Origin: a virus
Direction: 5' to 3' (one strand)
DNA length: 20,218 nt
Virus genome (UHGV): UHGV-1746005
Under the pieces are notes generated by a model. It was given only the letters and a program-made list of their open reading frames with translations. It searched no databases and was not told the origin of the DNA. Shown piece after piece: positions 10,133 through 16,476 of the stretch; the first letter of the stretch is position 1; every line of letters begins with the position of its first letter. The position numbers were made by a program, and so were the translations under genes.

Positions 10133-10159
10133 AAACGCCCTTTAATGGGCGTTTTTTTA
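10133..10159 (-). terminator. Rho-independent terminator (potentially bidirectional) downstream of the secreted-protein operon
   Basis: AAAACGCCC-TTTAAT-GGGCGTTTT followed by a T-run on the plus strand (TTTTTTT) and a U-rich tract on the minus strand; lies 28 nt beyond the stop at 10187. Confidence 0.6.
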
Positions 10160-10186
10160 AACTTAAATTGACTATCCTTTCAAATA

Positions 10187-10966
10187 CTATTTTAATTCTA
10201 TGTAATTTTTAAATTCTCCCTCATATTTATACATGATGCTATCAAATCCTTCCATTACATCAACGAATTGTTGTGAACATTCCGGCTTCCAAGGCGTACA
10301 CTTACGAACCATATCCATTTTTTTCTTATCCTTCGTTGTATCGACTAAGGATAGGTACCCTATAAAATTCATCATCTGAACAGGATCTTGATTTGTGAAT
10401 ATATATTTGACGTTTTGCTTAGTAGGCGAAAAAGAATCAAAAGCAGGGAACATATATTCACCAGAAAAAGAGAGTGCAGCATCAATGACGTCTGTTGCAG
10501 GAGTGCAGTTGCTCAGAATTGGCACTAAGCTAAAATTAGCACCGGAGCACACTGCATATATATCATCCCCTTTTTTTAGTTTTAACAGAGAGTCTTGCTT
10601 TGAATCCAATATTTTCAATTTGATATAATTTAGTGGCGTTGCATTTTCCCCTGGAGTAAATAATTCTACAATTGGTTTATTATTCACCATTCTTATGGAT
10701 TTTATTTCACCATACACAATTGGAATTGTGTTCCATTTTTCCTGAGCAGCAAATTCATTATCTTTAAAATCATTAACCAACTCAGATGGCAAATGATAAC
10801 CAAATTGATTGTTCATTGCTTTCGAAGCAAATCCAGACAAATAGAATGCCCTTACTAAATCATAATCTTTCTTTGAGGTAGAAAGCCAATCTGGCAATTT
10901 ATTATCAGCTATCGCGCTTCCAGCAAAAATAGCACAACAAAATGTTATTACATTAAATAATTTCAT
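10187..10966 (-). CDS. Exported (periplasmic) protein, ~259-aa precursor with Sec signal peptide; unknown function; superinfection-exclusion (Sim-like) candidate by position
   Basis: Strongly AT-rich gene. Likely start is the ATG at 10964-10966 giving MKLFNVITFCCAIFAGSAIA|DNK (n-h-c regions, AxA cleavage motif); the track ORF begins upstream at a GTG. Six or more Cys in the mature part. The upstream gene's stop (10974) overlaps the start region. Confidence 0.6.
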   Translation of the reverse strand: MKLFNVITFCCAIFAGSAIADNKLPDWLSTSKKDYDLVRAFYLSGFASKAMNNQFGYHLPSELVNDFKDNEFAAQEKWNTIPIVYGEIKSIRMVNNKPIVELFTPGENATPLNYIKLKILDSKQDSLLKLKKGDDIYAVCSGANFSLVPILSNCTPATDVIDAALSFSGEYMFPAFDSFSPTKQNVKYIFTNQDPVQMMNFIGYLSLVDTTKDKKKMDMVRKCTPWKPECSQQFVDVMEGFDSIMYKYEGEFKNYIELK

Positions 10967-10973
10967 TTTCCAT

Positions 10974-11291
10974 TCACTCATTAATCGGTTTAAACTCACT
11001 AATTAATTCACCAAGACTATTTGGGTATGCTTTATAAATAACATACTCCGAAGAGCCATCTGAATATTGGTAAACCCCATAACAGACCAGTTTATTTATT
11101 CCTTTCTGAATAGTTTTTTGATTATAAGAATCAACCACTGTTATTCCATATGACGATAATATTTCGTTATATTCTTCAATAAGAGCTTTTCTTGTTTCCA
11201 CTGAATTGCAATCTACCTTCGAAAAGTCAACTTCATCAGCAAAAACATTAAATGTTAAAAAGGAAAGCACTAAAAACAAACGAATCAGCAT
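10974..11291 (-). CDS. Small exported protein, ~105 aa with signal peptide; unknown function
   Basis: Likely start at ATG 11289-11291 (SD AGGAG 7-11 nt upstream) giving MLIRLFLVLSFLTFNVFA|DEV; AT-rich; same operon as the 259-aa gene. Confidence 0.55.
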   Translation of the reverse strand: MLIRLFLVLSFLTFNVFADEVDFSKVDCNSVETRKALIEEYNEILSSYGITVVDSYNQKTIQKGINKLVCYGVYQYSDGSSEYVIYKAYPNSLGELISEFKPINE

Positions 11292-11312
11292 AAATCCACT
11301 CCTACGCATGGA

Positions 11313-11444
11313 TTAATAGTCATTGATCGCAAAGGCGTAAACGTGCCCAAGGTATTTCGTATAATCGGTACAAATCTCCTTTACGCTTGATGCTGCATTA
11401 ACAGTCCCAGCCATAAATAATAACGGTAGTAATAGTTTTCTCAT
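11313..11444 (-). CDS. Short ORF (43 aa) with signal-peptide-like N-terminus, first gene of the secreted-protein operon
   Basis: Not in the ORF track (below size cut-off); ATG at 11442-11444 with SD AGGTGAGG; MRKLLLPLLFMAGTVNA|ASS...; stop TAA lies 19 nt before the next start. Confidence 0.4.
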   Translation of the reverse strand: MRKLLLPLLFMAGTVNAASSVKEICTDYTKYLGHVYAFAINDY

Positions 11445-11540
11445 TATAACCTCACCTGCCTTATAACTCATTTAGGGTACATATTTTCGCCTTTAAAAAA
11501 AAGAGGTTATTAGATCCAACTGTGTATTTATTAAACAAAT

Positions 11541-11557
11541 AATGCTCTAATAAATTT
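11541..11557 (+). promoter_or_regulatory. C1-repressor-operator-like 17-mer (AATGCTCTAATAAATTT) upstream of the immunity-operon promoter
   Basis: 16/17 match to the P1 C1 operator consensus ATTGCTCTAATAAATTT (recalled from the literature); a second near-identical copy is at 13212-13228, with similarity extending ~20 bp further (TTTT(T/C)TAAGT...GAAT). Confidence 0.6.
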
Positions 11558-11595
11558 GTATTTTTAAGTCGCGAATGCTATCTTTTCGCATCATA

Positions 11596-11624
11596 TTGAC
11601 CTTTTAATCGTTCAGGCTTATAGT
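11596..11624 (+). promoter_or_regulatory. Sigma70-type promoter for the leader/icd/ant transcript (-35 TTGACC, 17-bp spacer, -10 TATAGT)
   Basis: -35 at 11596-11601 and -10 at 11619-11624 with optimal spacing; ~40 bp downstream of the operator-like 17-mer and ~240 bp upstream of the Icd-like start. Confidence 0.45.
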
Positions 11625-11699
11625 TCCACCGTCGTAGCAAATTCTGCGACCGGGTTTGACAGCCTGAATGTTAGTGCGGACAACCGCAGATTTCCGATA

Positions 11700-11815
11700 T
11701 TGCGGTATTTTTGTGTCCGTAAACCGCGTTACGCCCGAATTATGGTGGGGCGTGATGGGGAGGCTTCGGCCTGCTGGTTTCACTAACGCCAGTCTGTCAA
11801 CCCTGTCACGTCCTG
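11700..11815 (+). ncRNA. Candidate c4/CI-type antisense regulatory RNA within the leader (boundaries approximate)
   Basis: Structured GC-rich leader: hairpin ACGCCC...GGGCGT (11731-11753), UUCG-tetraloop hairpin AGGC-TTCG-GCCT (11761-11772), and tandem CTGTCA elements (11794-11799, 11803-11808) complementary to TTGACAG copies at 11655-11661 and 11823-11829. Confidence 0.3.
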
Positions 11816-11870
11816 CCACCTGTTTGACAGCGGGTAGCAGGTTGTTAAACCTGTTAGTGAGGCCGTAACT

Positions 11871-12092
11871 ATGGTTAATGCCAATCCTTGCACACGCCCA
11901 GAATTCATCTGGCGTTTCTATTCCTGTAAAAAACACCACTATCACTTCGTTATCGCAGCAACTGAAGACGAAGCACGCTCTCAATTGCCTGATGGCCCCT
12001 GCATTTTTACTGCCCGTTTTTCTACTAACTCGCGCAATTCACTTAGTTACTGGAACCTCCCCTTCTCTGCCGACGTTCAGGGGGGTTTATGA
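11871..12092 (+). CDS. icd: Icd-like / Ash-family small protein (73 aa)
   Basis: 73-codon ORF with SD GAGG; motif ...EFIWRFY...FVIAATEDEARSQL... resembles Icd-like proteins; sits between the structured leader and the antirepressor gene as in P1 immI (recalled). Confidence 0.55.
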   Translation: MVNANPCTRPEFIWRFYSCKKHHYHFVIAATEDEARSQLPDGPCIFTARFSTNSRNSLSYWNLPFSADVQGGL

Positions 12093-12152
12093 AAAAAACC
12101 TCTCGTCACCCGTAATGAAATAGCCGAAGCGATCGCTTTGCATACTGCCTGT

Positions 12153-13133
12153 ATGCCGACACGGGAGATCCCCGGCGCAATTGCTAACTATTTCATGATA
12201 ACCAGGCGTTTTTATACCCGAACAGATAAGGCTGTGATCAACAGGCTACTGATAGCCGAGATCAGGGATTATTTGATTGAACAAGGACGTCTACGTTACG
12301 CAACAGTGGCAGCAGAAATAAGAAAGGAGGCACATAGAATGACCGGTAATAATTTGAATGTTGAAAAAACAGCACCTGTTACGTCAGCTACGCCAGCACC
12401 AGCCGTGAATATCATCCCCAACACCGGAGACACAATCGACAGCCAAACATTGTTGAAGATGGTCAATGAGGCACGCAAGTTATGTGGAGAACCAGAGGTT
12501 AGAAACAATAAATTCATCGAAAAAATACTCGATGAACTTGAAGGTGAATTTTACACAAAAAGTGCAAAATCCCATGGCACAAGGGCTGGGCGCTCTTTTG
12601 AGGTCATCACCATGACCTACAAACAAGCCCTGCGAGTCGCCGCGCGCGAGTCAAAAGCGGTCCGCCGTTCGCTGATCGACAAACTGGAAGAATTGCAGCA
12701 GGCAAACTCCCCTGCCCCATCGATCCCCCAAACATTACCAGAAGCTCTACGCCTGGCTGCCGAGTTGGCAGAACAGAAAATGCAGCTGGAACAACAGCTG
12801 GTGGCCGCAGCCCCTAAAGTCGATTTTGCCGACCGGGTATCAGTGGCTAATGGAATCCTGATCGGGAACTTTGCAAAGGTCGTTGGACTTAAGCAAAACG
12901 CCCTTTTCTCATGGTTGCGCCAGAACGGCATTCTCATGGCTTTTGGTGCGCGCAAAAACGTACCGCGCCAGCAGTACATTAACGCCGGGTATTTCACGGT
13001 GAAAGAAGTGGTGCTGGATGATGAAAATGGCTACCAGATACGGCTGACGCCCCAATTAACGGGTAAAGGCCAGCAGTGGTTAACTCGCAAGCTACTTGAT
13101 GCTGGTTTGTTAAAACCAGTAGCAATAGGTTAA
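12153..13133 (+). CDS. ant1: Phage antirepressor with C-terminal KilAC (ANT) domain; long form 326 aa from ATG 12153, nested in-frame short form 264 aa from ATG 12339
   Basis: C-terminal PQTLPEALRLAAELAEQK...NFAKVVGLKQNALFSWLRQNGIL...GYFTVKEV...LTGKGQQWL matches the KilAC domain and is paralogous to the C-terminus of the next gene. The internal ATG at 12339 has a very strong SD (AAGGAGG); the upstream in-frame part has no obvious SD. Confidence 0.7.
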   Translation: MPTREIPGAIANYFMITRRFYTRTDKAVINRLLIAEIRDYLIEQGRLRYATVAAEIRKEAHRMTGNNLNVEKTAPVTSATPAPAVNIIPNTGDTIDSQTLLKMVNEARKLCGEPEVRNNKFIEKILDELEGEFYTKSAKSHGTRAGRSFEVITMTYKQALRVAARESKAVRRSLIDKLEELQQANSPAPSIPQTLPEALRLAAELAEQKMQLEQQLVAAAPKVDFADRVSVANGILIGNFAKVVGLKQNALFSWLRQNGILMAFGARKNVPRQQYINAGYFTVKEVVLDDENGYQIRLTPQLTGKGQQWLTRKLLDAGLLKPVAIG

Positions 13134-13144
13134 CAAAAGAAAAA

Positions 13145-13168
13145 AACCTGCCAGCAAACTGGCAGGTT
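13145..13168. terminator. Intergenic terminator hairpin (ACCTGCCAG-CAAA-CTGGCAGGT), stronger in the minus orientation
   Basis: 9-bp stem, 4-nt loop; plus-strand tail TTTCTG (weak), minus-strand tail TTTTTTTCTTTT (strong). Confidence 0.5.
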
Positions 13169-13211
13169 TCTGAGCAGATCGTCCAACCCGATCTGGATCG
13201 AGCCAGAAAAA

Positions 13212-13228
13212 TTTGCTCTAATAAATTT
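13212..13228 (+). promoter_or_regulatory. C1-operator-like 17-mer (TTTGCTCTAATAAATTT) upstream of the kilA-like gene
   Basis: 16/17 match to the recalled consensus; ~70 bp upstream of ATG 13298; equivalent in position to the operator controlling kilA-repL in P1. Confidence 0.6.
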
Positions 13229-13246
13229 CGTTTTCTAAGTGCAAAG

Positions 13247-13270
13247 AATCACCATTTCGAGCTGGTGATT
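13247..13270 (+). promoter_or_regulatory. Palindrome AATCACCA-N8-TGGTGATT in the kilA-like leader
   Basis: Perfect 8-bp inverted repeat between the operator-like site and the RBS (GGAG) of the KilA-N gene. Confidence 0.3.
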
Positions 13271-13297
13271 GAAGGTTGATGCAAATTTGGAGAAAAA

Positions 13298-14098
13298 ATG
13301 CAACAAACATTCAATGCGGATATGAATATATCAAACCTTCATCAAAATGTCGATCCTTCAACCACTCTGCCCGTTATTTGTGGTGTTGAAATTACGACCG
13401 ACCGCGCTGGCCGTTACAACCTTAATGCTCTACACAGAGCGAGCGGACTCGGTGCCCATAAAGCGCCAGCTCAATGGCTAAGAACGCTGTCAGCTAAACA
13501 GCTCATCGAAGAGCTTGAAAAAGAAACTATGCAGAATTGCATAGTTTCGTTCGAAGGCCGTGGCGGCGGCACTTTTGCCCATGAATTGCTCGCTGTGGAG
13601 TACGCAGGCTGGATTTCTCCCGCGTTTCGGCTGAAGGTAAACCAGACATTTATCGACTATCGAACCGGAAGATTACAACCTGCTATTCCGCAGAGTCTCC
13701 CTGAAGCTCTCCGTTTGGCTGCCGACCTGGCAGAGCAAAAGCAACGGCTGGAGCAAAAAATGCTTATGGATGCACCTAAAGTCGAATTCGCTGAACGCGT
13801 TGCTACCGCCAGCGGGGTTCTAATCGGCAACTATGCCAAAGTGCTCGGCCTGGGCCAAAACTATCTCTTCACCTGGTTGCGTGATAACGGAATTCTGATC
13901 GCAACCGGTGAACGCAGGAACGTCCCCAAACAAGAATACATATCCCGTGGGTATTTCACCCTTAAAGAAACCGTGATCGATACAAGCAATGGAAGCAGGA
14001 TTTCTTTCACGACTCGTATAACCGGCAAAGGTCAGCAGTGGCTGATGAAGCGATTGCTTGATGCTGGTGTGCTGGTACCTGTCGCGGCAACGCGCTAA
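13298..14098 (+). CDS. kilA: KilA-N + KilAC domain protein (266 aa), P1 KilA-like
   Basis: N-terminal KilA-N signature (GRYNLNALHRASG...WLRT...GGGTFAHELLAVEYAGWISPAFRLKV); C-terminal KilAC shared with the upstream antirepressor (PQSLPEALRLAADLAEQK...GYFTLKET...ITGKGQQWL). SD GGAG; the length equals the 266 codons I recall for P1 kilA. Confidence 0.8.
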   Translation: MQQTFNADMNISNLHQNVDPSTTLPVICGVEITTDRAGRYNLNALHRASGLGAHKAPAQWLRTLSAKQLIEELEKETMQNCIVSFEGRGGGTFAHELLAVEYAGWISPAFRLKVNQTFIDYRTGRLQPAIPQSLPEALRLAADLAEQKQRLEQKMLMDAPKVEFAERVATASGVLIGNYAKVLGLGQNYLFTWLRDNGILIATGERRNVPKQEYISRGYFTLKETVIDTSNGSRISFTTRITGKGQQWLMKRLLDAGVLVPVAATR

Positions 14099-14127
14099 CA
14101 GACGTAGTAAGAACCACCAGCATTGTA

Positions 14128-14973
14128 ATGCTGGCTAAAGTCACTTTCCTGAGCTGTATAACGATGAGCGATTTTACTTTTTCTGGCTATGAATTGGCCT
14201 GCTTTGTAACACACTCCGGTCTATCCCGTAGCGCCGGGCATATCCTGTCGCAATGTGCAAATCTCGCGGCAACAACCAGTGAATACTTCATTCACAAGCC
14301 TCACCGCCTGATCGCGGCAGAAACTGGTTATAGCCAATCAACCGTCGTTCGTGCATTCCGTGAAGCTGTAAACAAAGGAATCCTGTCTGTAGAGATTGTT
14401 ATCGGCGATCACCGTGAACGTCGCGCTAACCTGTACCGGTTTACACCATCCTTTTTGGCCTTCGCACAACAAGCCAAAAATGCGCTGATTGAAAGCAAAT
14501 TAAAGATCTCTTCAGCGGCAACCAAGGTTAAAGCTGTTCTCGCTAAGACATTGGCTTTATTTAATTTTTTATCCACACCCCCATGTCAAAATGATACCCC
14601 CTCCCCCTGTCAGGATGACGTGGCAATAAAGAATAAGAAGTCACAAGTTAAAAAAACAAAAAGATCAGTTTCCGGCGGTGCCGGAACGAGCAGACTCAAA
14701 AAATTGACTTCATGGATCGCTGAGACAAAAGCAAAGGCTGACAATCTGCGGTTATCCAAAAAACGCGCACAAAAACATGAGTTCAAGCAGAAAGTAGAGG
14801 CGGCAGCGCGGAAATATGCTTACCTGAAGAACAAGCGTTCTCCTGATATTGGCGGGGTATCAAACTTCGATAATTTGCCGCATTGCATGACGGTAAACGA
14901 AGCTCTTAATGCGGTTTTAGCCAAAAATAAAGATAACGAAAAATGGGGTATACCGGTAGGATTCAGAGGGTGA
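14128..14973 (+). CDS. repL: HTH DNA-binding protein (281 aa), RepL-like lytic replication initiator candidate
   Basis: Helix-turn-helix IAAETGYSQSTVVRAFREAVNKGIL; Lys-rich C-terminal half; follows the kilA-like gene by 29 nt; length equals the 281 codons I recall for P1 repL. Contains an internal C5/TGTCA repeat block (14577-14613). Confidence 0.55.
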   Translation: MLAKVTFLSCITMSDFTFSGYELACFVTHSGLSRSAGHILSQCANLAATTSEYFIHKPHRLIAAETGYSQSTVVRAFREAVNKGILSVEIVIGDHRERRANLYRFTPSFLAFAQQAKNALIESKLKISSAATKVKAVLAKTLALFNFLSTPPCQNDTPSPCQDDVAIKNKKSQVKKTKRSVSGGAGTSRLKKLTSWIAETKAKADNLRLSKKRAQKHEFKQKVEAAARKYAYLKNKRSPDIGGVSNFDNLPHCMTVNEALNAVLAKNKDNEKWGIPVGFRG

Positions 14974-14976
14974 TAG

Positions 14977-14993
14977 ATTGCTCTAATTATAAC
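14977..14993 (+). promoter_or_regulatory. Degenerate C1-operator-like half-match (ATTGCTCTAATTATAAC)
   Basis: First 11 nt match the recalled consensus and the remainder diverges; lies between the repL-like stop and the AT-rich operon. Confidence 0.25.
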
Positions 14994-15141
14994 CATGCAT
15001 ACTTTCAACACCTCTAGTTTGCCATGAGGAAAACTCATAGGCGTCCTGGTAAGATGACGTAGTTAGCAAATCAGAACGTCCAATTATTGCAATTAATAAA
15101 CAACTAACGGACAATTCTACCTAACAATAAGTGGAGTTAAC

Positions 15142-15846
15142 ATGTTGAACCGAAGAACATTTAATGTATTCTGCGATGAATCCTGTCACCTACTAAATGA
15201 TCATAATAAAGTCATGGTATTGGGTGCGCTTTGGTGTCCTGGCACTATCACAAAAAAAATTGCTAGAGACATCAAGGGATTAAAATTAAAACACAATTTA
15301 AAACCTGATTTCGAAATCAAGTGGACTAAAGTATCTGCGTCCAAAGTTGAATTTTACTTAGAGGTCGTAGATTACTTCTTCAGCAACCCAGCATTGCGCT
15401 TTAGAGGTGTTGTTGTTCCTGATAAAGAGCAACTGGACCATGCTCGATTCCATCAAGATCATAATACTTTCTATTATAAGATGTTTTTTTATGTCTTAAA
15501 AAACATAATAGAAAGTAACAACACATACAATATCTACCTAGATATAAAAGATACTTTAGGTATTGAAAAAATTGAGAAATTAAGAGGAGTTCTTCACAAT
15601 GATCGCTATGATTACAATCATGAGTCGATAAACAGAATTCAACATATACGATCTCATGAAGTGCAACAATTGCAGCTAACGGATCTTTTCATTGGTGCGT
15701 TAGGCTACGTTCATCGAGGAATGAATAGCAACGCGGGAAAAATCCAAGTCATAAACAGGATAAAATCACATACAAACAGGGAGTTACTAAAAAGCACTCT
15801 TCCAACAGAAAGTAAATTTAATATTTTCGTGTGGGAGGCTCGCTGA
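15142..15846 (+). CDS. Hypothetical protein (234 aa), DUF3800-like by N-terminal motif; first gene of an AT-rich two-gene operon
   Basis: ATG with SD GGAG 6 nt upstream; AT-rich by hand count (about 25-35% GC); N-terminal FNVFCDESCH resembles the x-DES-G start I recall for DUF3800 proteins (unverified); the TGA stop overlaps the next ATG. Confidence 0.6.
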   Translation: MLNRRTFNVFCDESCHLLNDHNKVMVLGALWCPGTITKKIARDIKGLKLKHNLKPDFEIKWTKVSASKVEFYLEVVDYFFSNPALRFRGVVVPDKEQLDHARFHQDHNTFYYKMFFYVLKNIIESNNTYNIYLDIKDTLGIEKIEKLRGVLHNDRYDYNHESINRIQHIRSHEVQQLQLTDLFIGALGYVHRGMNSNAGKIQVINRIKSHTNRELLKSTLPTESKFNIFVWEAR

Positions 15847-16310
15847 TGCTTCAAATGCCAGATTTATTGTACTTCAATGGAAGTTGGCAAGAGTATATAG
15901 ACGATGTATATGATGTTGTTAGAGAAGATATTTTAATCTCTAATATAACGTTTAAGGGTCTCCCTGTTCGATTACGTTATTCACCGGAATATGATGGGAA
16001 AGAGTTCGGATTTTGGCATTTAGTATCAGAGGGAAAAATAGAAGAAGAACGAATACCTGATCTTGAACGGTGTAAGCGGATCCGCTGGATCGCGCATATG
16101 ATAAGGAATTATGACCATTGCGATATATCATGTTGGTCTGAAAGACGAGGACCAACTGAAGAGTGGGTAATCTGGAACGAGTGTGAAAACTACGTTGTTG
16201 TGCTATCCGCACGTAGAGACTATTGGCTTCTCAAAACAGCCTATGTTGTAACCTATGACAGTAAAATCAGAACACTCAAACAAAGCAGAAAAAGAGCACT
16301 TGGGACATAA
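15846..16310 (+). CDS. Hypothetical protein (154 aa), translationally coupled partner of the DUF3800-like gene
   Basis: ATG at 15846-15848 overlaps the upstream stop (TGATG); strong SD GGGAGG at 15833-15838; contains R-x5-H (RIRWIAH) and RNYDH motifs; the track ORF starts at an upstream GTG. Confidence 0.55.
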   Translation: MLQMPDLLYFNGSWQEYIDDVYDVVREDILISNITFKGLPVRLRYSPEYDGKEFGFWHLVSEGKIEEERIPDLERCKRIRWIAHMIRNYDHCDISCWSERRGPTEEWVIWNECENYVVVLSARRDYWLLKTAYVVTYDSKIRTLKQSRKRALGT

Positions 16311-16318
16311 AAAAGCTG

Positions 16319-16348
16319 AACCCGACACATATTGCTATGTATCGGGTT
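16319..16348 (+). terminator. Probable terminator hairpin after the two-gene operon
   Basis: AACCCGACACA-TATTGC-TGTATCGGGTT (imperfect 10-bp stem) beginning 9 nt after the stop; the downstream U-tract is interrupted. Confidence 0.4.
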
Positions 16349-16476
16349 CGATCGCTCTTTCTACGCATGGTAGATGAGTAAGGTAAATCTAACCGATCTA
16401 CTTTAGCTTTTCAATAGCTAGCTATAACTTTCCGCACATATTCTTCTGATAATTCCAGTATGGCGGTTGGGTTTTC

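Noticed and set aside
11604-11984. 126-aa minus-strand ORF overlapping the leader and the Icd-like gene
   Set aside because: Overlaps the promoter, the structured antisense-RNA region and icd on the opposite strand; no SD; better explained as a chance open frame in GC-rich structured DNA.
12296-12997. Minus-strand ORFs 12296-12517 and 12617-12997 inside the antirepressor gene
   Set aside because: Antisense to a gene with a clear domain signature; Ala/Ser/Arg-rich composition typical of reverse-frame artefacts.
13213-13241. Reading the conserved 17-mer region itself as a promoter (-35 TTGCTC, -10 TAAGTG)
   Set aside because: The -10 candidate is poor (2/6 to TATAAT); the element fits an operator better, and a good promoter exists separately at 11596-11624.
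16338-16356. tRNA T-arm-like GGGTTCGATCG suggesting a tRNA fragment or att site
   Set aside because: No acceptor, D-arm or anticodon-arm pairing around it; the bases are part of the terminator hairpin after the two-gene operon.
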